From: Podarcis liolepis
Taxonomy: Eukaryota
Strand: one strand, 5' to 3'
DNA: 64,000 nucleotides
NCBI GenBank assembly: GCA_965112155.1
Contig: OZ218098.1
Positions 50,801-56,228 of this stretch are shown piece by piece; position 1 is the stretch's first letter, and every line of letters starts with the position of its first letter. Below the pieces are notes generated by a model, which was not told the origin of the DNA, ran no database searches, and worked only from the letters and a program-made list of their open reading frames with translations. The position numbers and the translations under genes were made by a program.

Positions 50801-52343
50801 TGACCATTAGGTCCAGTCGTGGCCGACTCTGGGGTTGCGGCGCTCATCTCGCTTTATTGGCTGAGGGAGCCGGCGTACAGCTTCCGTGTCATGTGGCCAG
50901 CATGACTAAACCACTTCTGGTGAACCAGAGCAGCACATGGAAATGCTGTTTACCTTCCCGTCGGAGTGGTATCTATTTATCTACTTACACTTTGAGGTGC
51001 TTTCAAACTGCTAGGTGGGCAGGAGATGGGACCGAGCAACGGGAGCTCACCCCATTGCAGGGATTTGAACCGCCGACCTTCTGATCGGCAAGTCCTAGGC
51101 TCTGTCGTTTAACCCACAGCGCCACTCACGTCTCTTGTTTTCCATGGTGGGTAGCTAAACTGCTTTTTTAATTTTTGTAAAGGAAATCAGATGAGTAGTG
51201 ATGGCTTGAGAGAACAGCATTGGCAGTGAGGAAATGCTTTTAAAAATCAAGATCGAAAGGCAGTGCTTTTAAAATTAAAACCAGCAAACTAGTCCACACT
51301 GTGGTAGTATGTTGCAGAAGTGTATAGAAGGCCCTTTTAAAAAACGAAATTAAAATGACAAAGTTAATAAAATGGAAGGAAGATATAGAGGTGAAACTAA
51401 TATCAACGAGCACTATCCAAGAATGCTCTTGAAACTTAAGAGCTGCTGGAGCATGCCAATGGCCCATCTAGGTCACAGGGGCTGACCAGTTGCCCATGGG
51501 AAGTCTGCAATCTGAACAAGAGCACAACAGCACTCTCCCCTCCCAAGAGTCCCAAAAGCTGGGATTTAGTCCAAAAATCTGGGATTCCGAGGCAGCGGAG
51601 GTGTAACATTTATTTATTTATTGCACGCCTATCAGCCAGTATGTTAAAAGTCTCCGTATGTTTAAAAAAATCTAAATGCCCTTGTTTGTTTCCAGCTAGT
51701 AAATATGCACACCCTTGGCACTGAGAGTTTATTGCGCTGGAGAATGGGGGGTGAATTTCCTGCAATATTCCAACACTCGAAAGGATATTTGTACAGTATA
51801 GCTATACCCTACACATTATAGTCTGGCATTTTATAAATAGGATTGACTGCCGAGAGTTTTGACTCGCTTTTCTGAATATCAACGAGACTCCTAAGCTGCG
51901 CACTTGCTTAGCAGTAACTCCTACCGTAGCCAGAGGAATTCACTTCTGAGCAAAGGTGTCTATAGTTTCAACCTGCAAAGCAAGTGAAATGCAAACCTTC
52001 CAGGGTTTTTACGTAATTTGCCGCTGTGTTTTTCCCTAGGGCCGGAGGCAGGGAAGCATTTCTGCCGTTTGGGTTAATACGCAGAATGAAACGTCTTGTT
52101 AGAAGAGGGATAAAGGGGGTCTATCTACTATACTGGGACCCTCTAATCGGAAGCAGAGGGCAGTACAGTACAGGCAGTTTCCTTTTGCTACACTTCAAGC
52201 TGCACTGTCAGAGCAGGAAATACCCGCAAGCAGCTGTTCCTGCGTCCTCGGGGAGCTCGATTCCCACTTACCCTTTTGCCGTTCACGTAGAAAATCAGAT
52301 CGTCTGAAGCCCTTTCTTCTCGTTCTGTTGCTGGGACAGACAT
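4023..52343 (-). CDS. AOX1: Aldehyde oxidase (molybdo-flavoenzyme), complete 35-exon gene span, 4044 nt CDS / 1347 aa
   Basis: 35 GT-AG exons with consistent phases and no internal stop. 2Fe-2S motifs [14 protein letters not shown] and NLCRCTGY; FAD-domain [15 protein letters not shown]; MoCo motifs GGAFGGK, AFRGFG, EMGQG; catalytic Glu in GLGE. Lacks the XDH Glu802/Arg880 equivalents. Lies immediately downstream of SGO2, as mammalian AOX1 does. Confidence 0.95.
4355..4522 (-). CDS. AOX1: AOX exon 34 ([17 protein letters not shown]...[14 protein letters not shown])
   Basis: 168 nt, contains the catalytic Glu (GLGE). Confidence 0.95.
6482..6870 (-). mobile_element. BovB (RTE) LINE 3' fragment
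   Basis: Encodes [20 protein letters not shown]...[17 protein letters not shown]; (CAA)n tail; aagggctt repeated at both flanks. Confidence 0.92.
7378..7566 (-). CDS. AOX1: AOX exon 33 ([13 protein letters not shown]...[10 protein letters not shown]...IYSSK)
   Basis: 189 nt. Confidence 0.95.
8080..8145 (-). CDS. AOX1: AOX exon 32 ([22 protein letters not shown])
   Basis: 66 nt. Confidence 0.95.
8705..8931. mobile_element. Tigger/pogo-like MITE (CAGTGGTACCTCGGGTTA TIR family)
   Basis: About 230 bp, TIRs, TA flank; 1 of 8 copies. Confidence 0.88.
9332..9576. mobile_element. Tc1/mariner-superfamily MITE (CCGTATTTTT family) flanked by a 23-bp direct repeat
   Basis: TIRs ccgtattttttgctctata / tatagagcgaaaaatacag; flanks 9309-9331 and 9577-9599 duplicated. 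Confidence 0.88.
9756..9870 (-). CDS. AOX1: AOX exon 31 ([38 protein letters not shown])
   Basis: 115 nt. Confidence 0.95.
10777..11018 (+). mobile_element. Squam3-type tRNA-derived SINE
   Basis: gagagccagtgtggtgtagtggttaagagc head, ...gatatcaaatccaaact(ctt)n tail; 4 copies in window. Confidence 0.85.
11274..11326 (-). CDS. AOX1: AOX exon 30 ([17 protein letters not shown])
   Basis: 53 nt. Confidence 0.93.
12072..12646. mobile_element. Tc1/mariner-superfamily MITE (CCGTATTTTT family), long GC-rich variant with internal hairpins
   Basis: TIRs ctgtatttttcgctctataggacgcac / gtgcgtcctatagagcgaaaaatatgg. Confidence 0.85.
13523..13597 (-). CDS. AOX1: AOX exon 29 ([25 protein letters not shown])
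   Basis: 75 nt. Confidence 0.95.
13913..14100 (+). mobile_element. tRNA-derived SINE with CR1-like tail (possibly Squam2-type)
   Basis: ccatagctcagtggtggagtatctgc...ggttcaatccctggc head; related copies at 38730 and 44579. Confidence 0.7.
14150..14284 (+). mobile_element. tRNA-Lys(CTT)-derived SINE with CR1 3' tail
   Basis: agagcatgagactcttaacctcagggtcatgggttcga head plus gggttggactagatgacc...ttctatga tail. Confidence 0.75.
14369..14716 (+). mobile_element. L2 LINE 3' fragment
   Basis: [15 protein letters not shown] coding remnant and (ATT)n tail. Confidence 0.85.
14945..15073 (-). CDS. AOX1: AOX exon 28 ([43 protein letters not shown])
   Basis: 129 nt. Confidence 0.95.
15129..15264. mobile_element. 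Short hAT MITE
   Basis: TIRs caggcttcctca / tgaggaagcctg; exact 8-bp TSD acctagac. Confidence 0.88.
15910..16800 (-). repeat. Unclassified GC-rich interspersed repeat, possibly an LTR or other retroelement terminus
   Basis: Compositional shift; minus-strand AATAAAGTTGTGGCC near 15980-16000; boundaries uncertain. Confidence 0.4.
16833..18758 (+). mobile_element. Full-length ~1.9-kb non-autonomous L1-type retroelement (HAL1-like) with internal ORF
   Basis: 16-bp TSD aaaactggggtttgta (16817-16832 / 18759-18774) at a TT/AAAA site; CpG-rich 5' end GAGACTTCCGG...GATGGCGG; AATAAA near 18733 and A-tail; ORFs 17633-18085 and 17889-18257; no RT/EN motifs. Confidence 0.85.
18973..19068 (-). CDS. AOX1: AOX exon 27 ([32 protein letters not shown])
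   Basis: 96 nt, EMGQG motif. Confidence 0.95.
19423..19670 (-). mobile_element. Squam3-type SINE
   Basis: Reverse complement of the 10777 element. Confidence 0.85.
20569..20796 (-). CDS. AOX1: AOX exon 26 (IREINMY...[26 protein letters not shown])
   Basis: 228 nt single exon. Confidence 0.95.
21601..21792 (-). CDS. AOX1: AOX exon 25 ([17 protein letters not shown]...[11 protein letters not shown]...LPEK)
   Basis: 192 nt, AFRGFG motif. Confidence 0.95.
22776..23025 (-). mobile_element. 5'-truncated LINE 3' end (RTE-X-like) with 50-bp flanking duplication
   Basis: Encodes [23 protein letters not shown]...VAKFL; 3' end GGTCTCTGGACCGTAATAAA(GATT)n; direct repeats 22726-22775 / 23026-23075. 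Confidence 0.8.
23191..23277 (-). CDS. AOX1: AOX exon 24 ([29 protein letters not shown])
   Basis: 87 nt, gtgagt donor. Confidence 0.94.
23428..23764. mobile_element. Tigger-like MITE (CAGTGGTGCCTCGCAAG family) with internal ttagcg tandem units
   Basis: Imperfect TIRs, TA flanks. Confidence 0.75.
24015..24256. mobile_element. Tigger/pogo-like MITE (CAGTGGTACC family)
   Basis: TIRs and TA TSD. Confidence 0.88.
24431..24739 (-). mobile_element. BovB (RTE) LINE 3' fragment
   Basis: [15 protein letters not shown]...VTKSRTRLN; exact 10-bp TSD aacccttcat (24421-24430 / 24740-24749). Confidence 0.92.
25314..25401 (-). CDS. AOX1: AOX exon 23 ([29 protein letters not shown])
   Basis: 88 nt. Confidence 0.95.
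26020..26463. mobile_element. MITE (possibly PIF/Harbinger-like) containing a nested Tigger-like MITE
   Basis: Ends ggcagagccataccata / tatggtgtggatctgcc are inverted repeats. Confidence 0.6.
26039..26268. mobile_element. Tigger/pogo-like MITE (CAGTGGTACC family), nested
   Basis: TIRs and TA TSD. Confidence 0.88.
27652..28068. mobile_element. hAT MITE
   Basis: Perfect 15-bp TIR CAGGGGTCTGCAACC; exact 8-bp TSD atctattt. Confidence 0.92.
28402..28535 (-). CDS. AOX1: AOX exon 22 (EMVASCLG...[16 protein letters not shown]...)
   Basis: 134 nt, MoCo-binding GGAFGGK. Confidence 0.95.
28763..28816 (+). mobile_element. 54-bp extreme 3' stub of the same RTE-X-like LINE family
   Basis: ggtctctggagcgtaataaa(gatt)n; 13-bp TSD ataaatgcaaatt. 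Confidence 0.7.
28887..29235. mobile_element. Truncated CCGTATTTTT-family MITE, GC/CpG-rich
   Basis: Left TIR ccgtatttttcg...ccataggacgc; no right TIR seen. Confidence 0.7.
29421..29545 (-). CDS. AOX1: AOX exon 21 ([16 protein letters not shown]...STQHPAFVQ)
   Basis: 125 nt, [10 protein letters not shown] motif. Confidence 0.95.
29924..30165. mobile_element. Tigger/pogo-like MITE (CAGTGGTACC family)
   Basis: TIRs and TA TSD. Confidence 0.88.
30197..30660. mobile_element. GC-rich hAT MITE
   Basis: TIRs CAGCGGCGTAGCGTG / CACGCTACGCCACTG; exact 8-bp TSD tggatttg. Confidence 0.9.
30912..31008 (-). CDS. AOX1: AOX exon 20 ([32 protein letters not shown])
   Basis: 97 nt. Confidence 0.95.
31231..31376 (+). 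mobile_element. L1-type 3'UTR fragment
   Basis: 17-bp TSD gaaagattaaccaagtc (31214-31230 / 31377-31393), AATAAA and A-rich tail. Confidence 0.8.
31730..31852 (-). CDS. AOX1: AOX exon 19 ([15 protein letters not shown]...VILTIE)
   Basis: 123 nt. Confidence 0.95.
32053..32210. repeat. Short dispersed repeat (copy 1) containing a CTCF-like motif
   Basis: Aligns by eye to 55994-56169 (ggtggaat..., gccatctagtgtc, gcagctgtatagctgagtcc). Confidence 0.7.
32810..32936 (-). CDS. AOX1: AOX exon 18 ([17 protein letters not shown]...VFAREK)
   Basis: 127 nt. Confidence 0.93.
33201..33650 (+). mobile_element. L2 LINE 3' fragment with (ATT)n tail
   Basis: [15 protein letters not shown] remnant. Confidence 0.85.
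33802..34091 (-). mobile_element. Bipartite BovB-derived non-autonomous element (5' UTR fused to 3' end)
   Basis: Minus strand begins with BovB-like 5' ATGGATCACTGTCTTGTCGTGGCGAAGGGGC and ends with BovB 3' CATGGGGTCACGGAGAGTC; 11-bp TSD cag(g/a)tggcata. Confidence 0.8.
34158..34327 (-). CDS. AOX1: AOX exon 17 ([19 protein letters not shown]...HAKI)
   Basis: 170 nt, [11 protein letters not shown] motif. Confidence 0.95.
34912..35004 (-). CDS. AOX1: AOX exon 16 ([31 protein letters not shown])
   Basis: 93 nt, cag/gtgagc boundaries. Confidence 0.9.
35110..35327. mobile_element. Tigger/pogo-like MITE (CAGTGGTACC family)
   Basis: TIRs. Confidence 0.88.
35946..36108 (-). CDS. AOX1: AOX exon 15 ([11 protein letters not shown]...[12 protein letters not shown]...LKIM)
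   Basis: 163 nt. Confidence 0.95.
37534..37718 (-). CDS. AOX1: AOX exon 14 ([17 protein letters not shown]...CQALIG)
   Basis: 185 nt. Confidence 0.95.
38308..38417 (-). CDS. AOX1: AOX exon 13 ([11 protein letters not shown]...[12 protein letters not shown])
   Basis: 110 nt. Confidence 0.93.
38730..38910 (+). mobile_element. tRNA-derived SINE (same family as 13913)
   Basis: gggccatagctcagtagtagagcatctgc head. Confidence 0.7.
39023..39263 (-). mobile_element. Squam3-type SINE
   Basis: Same family as 10777. Confidence 0.85.
39611..39835. mobile_element. Tigger/pogo-like MITE (divergent CAGTGG-ACC subfamily)
   Basis: TIRs and TA TSD. Confidence 0.82.
40260..40353 (-). CDS. AOX1: AOX exon 12 ([31 protein letters not shown])
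   Basis: 94 nt. Confidence 0.95.
40513..40664 (-). CDS. AOX1: AOX exon 11 (LILGAACSL...[10 protein letters not shown])
   Basis: 152 nt. Confidence 0.95.
40834..40926 (-). CDS. AOX1: AOX exon 10 ([30 protein letters not shown])
   Basis: 93 nt, AG/GT boundaries, phase 1-1. Confidence 0.93.
41099..41335. mobile_element. Tigger/pogo-like MITE (CAGTGGTACC family)
   Basis: TIRs and TA TSD. Confidence 0.88.
41783..41927 (-). CDS. AOX1: AOX exon 9 (KMAEDQ...[11 protein letters not shown])
   Basis: 145 nt, FAD-binding GNT motif. Confidence 0.95.
42940..43020 (-). CDS. AOX1: AOX exon 8 ([27 protein letters not shown])
   Basis: 81 nt, [14 protein letters not shown] motif. Confidence 0.95.
43858..43944 (-). 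CDS. AOX1: AOX exon 7 ([29 protein letters not shown])
   Basis: 87 nt, CC..CC linker, gtaagt donor. Confidence 0.9.
44579..44746 (-). mobile_element. Degenerate tRNA-derived SINE (same family as 13913)
   Basis: Reverse complement of the gggcatagcttagtggtaaagcatttgc head. Confidence 0.55.
44859..44920 (-). CDS. AOX1: AOX exon 6 ([21 protein letters not shown])
   Basis: 62 nt, NLCRCTGY motif. Confidence 0.95.
45173..45299 (-). CDS. AOX1: AOX exon 5 ([28 protein letters not shown]...)
   Basis: 127 nt, QCGFCTPG motif. Confidence 0.95.
46628..46736 (-). CDS. AOX1: AOX exon 4 ([36 protein letters not shown])
   Basis: 109 nt, aag acceptor, gtaaat donor. Confidence 0.95.
46737..47599 (-). other. 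U12-type (minor spliceosome) GT-AG intron 3 of AOX
   Basis: Donor GTATCCTTT (47599-47591); branch-like TTCTTTAC (46752-46745) about 10 nt from an AAG acceptor with no intervening pyrimidine tract. Confidence 0.88.
46847..47200 (-). mobile_element. Sauria (POM/Squam1) SINE
   Basis: (ACCTTT) tail, tRNA-like head; 13-bp TSD aaaca(c/t)ttaggtt. Confidence 0.92.
47600..47696 (-). CDS. AOX1: AOX exon 3 ([31 protein letters not shown])
   Basis: 97 nt, 2Fe-2S motif, U12-type donor gtatccttt. Confidence 0.96.
47697..50401 (-). other. U12-type (minor spliceosome) GT-AG intron 2 of AOX
   Basis: Donor GTATCCTTC (50401-50393); branch point TCCTTAAC (47718-47711) about 14 nt from the 3' splice site. Confidence 0.92.
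49988..50312 (-). mobile_element. Squam3-type SINE with expanded (CTT)n(CTC)n tail microsatellite
   Basis: Same family as 10777; tail 49988-50071. Confidence 0.85.
50402..50459 (-). CDS. AOX1: AOX exon 2 ([19 protein letters not shown])
   Basis: 58 nt, cag acceptor, U12-type donor gtatccttc. Confidence 0.95.
50782..51134 (-). mobile_element. Sauria (POM/Squam1) SINE
   Basis: Exact 11-bp TSD ttgttttccat. Confidence 0.92.
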
Positions 52344-52700
52344 CGCAGCACAGAGGGATAGCAACTGAGCGAGGAAACAGGAGCAGCAGGTCGTGAAGGA
52401 GAGTAAGGACTGATTGTGAATTCAACAACATGAAACATGAGTGCGAGGCGTGGCTTTGAGGCTTCAGCCCTAGCCTCCTCCTTCCGCCTTAGAGGGGGGG
52501 GGGGTGTAGGACATTTTTCTCTTGCAGAGGAAAAGTTTTTTGGTCGCCGCTTAGCCATAGCATCCCCGATCTTCCAGTTATATCCCGGTGCAGAACACTT
52601 CGTTTCGGAAGAAAAAGCCCAATTTCCTGTAATTTAATTCCTAACAACCCTTCTCCTTAACTCTGGATGTGGGACGACATCGTCTTTGCTTTTTCACAGT
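52000..52700 (-). promoter_or_regulatory. CpG-enriched AOX promoter / exon 1 region
   Basis: Local CpG enrichment in non-repeat DNA around the first coding exon; TSS not determinable. Confidence 0.55.
52272..52343 (-). CDS. AOX1: AOX exon 1 ([24 protein letters not shown])
   Basis: ATG at 52343, LIFYVNG motif, donor AGG|gtaagt; 72 nt. Confidence 0.9.
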
Positions 52701-53668
52701 AACGAGGGAAAACCACTGGATAAATGCATGCTTCGTGGCACTTCCTTGCTAATTAGTTGCATGCCCCAATCCTCCTCCAAATTACAGCCTGATAAATTCA
52801 GCCATCCAAGAAGCCTCATGCAATTCTATCTGGGATATGGTATTCTTAATATCTGTCTTCAAGATAGTGGGTGATATTCAACTTTTGTCATCCTACAGTA
52901 GACCCAATGAAACCCACAGACATAAATTATGTTAACTGAAGGCCAACCCACACTAAGTTTTTTAAAACCAGTATGATCACAAGCAGTGCATGTGATGATA
53001 CTCACTCCCAGGTGTGATATGGCTGACCCCTTAATTCTACGATTTCTCGGACTAGTTTATGCTGATTTACTGGTTACTGTGTTTTGCTATCACCCCTTCA
53101 TCACATGTGCGCTGCTCCTCTTAACATGCCTTCTCTGGGTTTCTCAGCCACTTTCACACACATCTCTTCCCTACTCCACCCAGGACTGTATATTTCTCTG
53201 GACAAATTAAGATGGTGCATGGATGGGTACCCCCAGCTATGTGGTTTCCAGTGTGTCCAACTGCCCTGCCATCAAAGTTTTTTGTTTTCTAAAATAAGTT
53301 TAACGGGACAGGAGATCTAGGGTCTGGCAGAAAAGGCTCAGGGCTCAGGGCCCCAGGCTACCTAGAAACAACATTCCTGCCATACAGCCATTCATTTCCA
53401 TGTGTATATTCATGTTGGGCACTGGCTCAATCACTGCAGGCCACAGCTTTTCCCATGGTAAAAAGCTCACTGGGAGTGTTCCTGGGTTGGGGGAAATTAA
53501 AAGCAAAGCTTTCTCAGAAAACAAGTGTGTTATGAACACCTATTGCATAGTGCCTGAAACATCAGTATGATAAGCACTACATTTTCCTCCTGATCCCCAT
53601 GTTATTTTGAGACACTTAAGGCACACTTTTTGGCCTTCTTATTCCTCTGTTGTTGTTTTTGTTTTTTT

Positions 53669-54044
53669 GTGGCACTGTGGTCTAAACCACTGAGCCTCTT
53701 GGGCTTGCTGATCAGAAGGTCGGCGGTTTGAATCCTCGCGACGGGGTGAGCTCCCGTTGCTCGGTCCCAGCTCCTGCCAACCTAGCAGTTCAAAAGCACG
53801 CCAAAAAGTGCAAGCAGATAAATAGATACCGCTCCGGCGGGAAGGTAAACGGCATTTCCGTGCACTGCTCTAGTTTCGGTGTTCCGTTGCGCCAGAAGCA
53901 GCTTAGTCATGCTGACCACATGACCTGGAAAAACTGTCTGCGGACAAACGCCGGCTCCCTCAGCCTGTAAAGCGAGATGAGCGCCGCAATCCCAGAGTTG
54001 TCTGCGACTGGACTTAACTGTCAGTGGTCCTTTACCTTTACCTA
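53669..54044 (+). mobile_element. Sauria (POM/Squam1) SINE
   Basis: gtggcactgtggtctaaaccactgagcc head, tttacctttacct tail. Confidence 0.9.
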
Positions 54045-55086
54045 GTGGCACCTGCTATTATGTAGGGGACAGGAATACAGGATTATTTATACTTCATGAT
54101 GATGATGATGATGATGATTTTATTATTTATACCGTTGTTGTTATGGTACACGGGGATAGCCCTTAATATTAAGATAATGTTTCAAATGAATTGGAAGCAC
54201 AGCGAATCACAGGAGTGATTAGAAAACAGGGTTAATTAAATGTAAAGACAAAATTAGAGAATATGAAATTGACCACCCTGGCTCCTCCATTATTGTCACA
54301 TTTTATTTATATACTTTTCAGTAGCTAAGTATTTCTCCAGGTAGAAGGTTCTCTGAGTATTTTCTCATTGTCATGGAAGGTGGACATATTTTGTGAGAAG
54401 CCAAAAGTGTTCTTGCTAGTTGTGCCATATCCAAATATTGTTAATGCTAGGGGAAATGTTGAATGGATATAAAAAGTACATTGCTGTCAATGTAGGTTTC
54501 ACATTTCTTGAAAAAGGAACATTTAAACCTCGCATAAACAGCTCAGTCTTGCATATGCACAGGAATAGGCTTGGGTTCCCAGTCTATACAAAGTATCCTC
54601 TGCCTGCTTGATTTGGCATCAGGAGCTGATTCTACTTCTTGCAGTAGTGCTTTTGTGCAAAGGAAAATTCATGAGGAACACTCACCTCATGGTGCAGTCA
54701 CAAGGCTTTTGTACAATAAAGAGAGAGCAGACAGATGGTAAGAAGGGGAGGACAAAATCCATTTAGGAAGAGATCCCAAATTCCTATCAAAATCATATCA
54801 ATGCAGGGAACTGTAGCAGAGGGTTTTCTTCTTGTTAGAAGCAAGCAAGCAAGGGGAGGGTATCTATTCTAGACCAACCTTCCTTATCTTGTATAAGAAC
54901 CCTGTCCTCACTTGTCATTTGGTCACCCCATGTTTTTATATAGGCCTCTACATACAAGACACAACAGCTGTAACTCAGAATTGGTTCAGGCTGTGAGAAA
55001 GACTACTTTCCCAAGTAAAATGGAAAACTTCTGTTATCCTCTGAAATAATTATATTCACTTTACATTGTGTGCAAAACTTGGAAAC

Positions 55087-55092
55087 TTTAAT
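55087..55092 (-). terminator. Candidate SGO2 polyadenylation signal (ATTAAA)
   Basis: About 260 nt after the SGO2 stop; motif only. Confidence 0.3.
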
Positions 55093-55348
55093 TCAGCATT
55101 TAAAGTAGAATATGCTACGCAAAAGATGCTACGAAATGCTTAAACTTACATAAACTATCAACACTAAAGTTTTGTCTGTGTAGATATACTTTTGCTCACC
55201 TTGTTCATTCTGATTAAAAAGAGAGTGGAAGAAAGCAATCTAGTTCAAATAAAAATTGAGTCAGTGGAATTTAGTAAAGAAGAAATAATAAAATTTGTTT
55301 AAAAAGTAGATACAACATACTAGTAGGCATTTTTCCTGTATATCCACT

Positions 55349-55454
55349 TTAGAGTAATCTTGATTTACTTTTAAAGCTTTGTTTGTTTCTGACTTTGAAG
55401 ACTGGAACATTAAGAAACTCTGTATCTGTGAATTTATCTCCTCTCCTCAATTTG
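55349..55454 (-). CDS. SGO2: SGO2 last coding exon (KLRRGDKFTDTEFLNVPVFK...SRLL*)
   Basis: 106 nt incl. TAA; second half of the SGO box. Confidence 0.92.
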
Positions 55455-56187
55455 CTGAAAGACAAAAATAATTGAATCACTAGTGGCACTGAGAATAGAA
55501 CTGGTGAGCTTTTCTGGCAAATATCATTCATAAATTTTACTTAGTATAAGAATTCATACAGAATAGTCATTCCTCTAATTAAGACACTTTGGCTGCAATC
55601 CTAACTCTACTTACCTGGGAGTAAAAAACCCATCCCCTCCTCCTTTACAGCCCTAAAAATACATAAGTAAGTTCTTTGTATTTTGCAATAAGCTGCAGTT
55701 GATTGAGAGATGGTAGTTTTGAACTTTTTCTCTAATGGGGTACTTGAAATTACCGGTATGTGATATAGTCACTATACTAGATTAGCTTAGATTCACACAA
55801 GAAGCCCCTCAAAAATCTGTGTACATTTAGAAAAGTCATAGCAGCTGTGTGATTCCAGAAAGGTGTACTAATTGTGCTCGTGCTCCACTTGCAAAATGTC
55901 AGCACCCATGTTTCTTTTTATGAGGCAATGAAATGACTAATACAGATCCATCTCCTTCATGTCTACTCAAAAATATGGGTTTAATGGGACTTAGGTGGAA
56001 TCACACACATAAAAAATGATGTGAAAATGCTTTTTTAAAAAATGTTTTGAAAAAATACCTTGAATTTGGCATAGCTCACTGTTGCCATCTAGTGTCCCAT
56101 TCATATATTCCACTTTACAACATAACGGTATTTGAAATGTTATTTATTTGCAGCTGTATAGCTGAGTCCCAAGTCCTAGGAAGTGTG

Positions 56188-56228
<41 letters not shown>

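Noticed and set aside
4023-52343. Calling the gene XDH or a pseudogene
   Set aside because: 35-exon structure, missing XDH substrate residues and SGO2 synteny indicate AOX; all exons are open and in phase.
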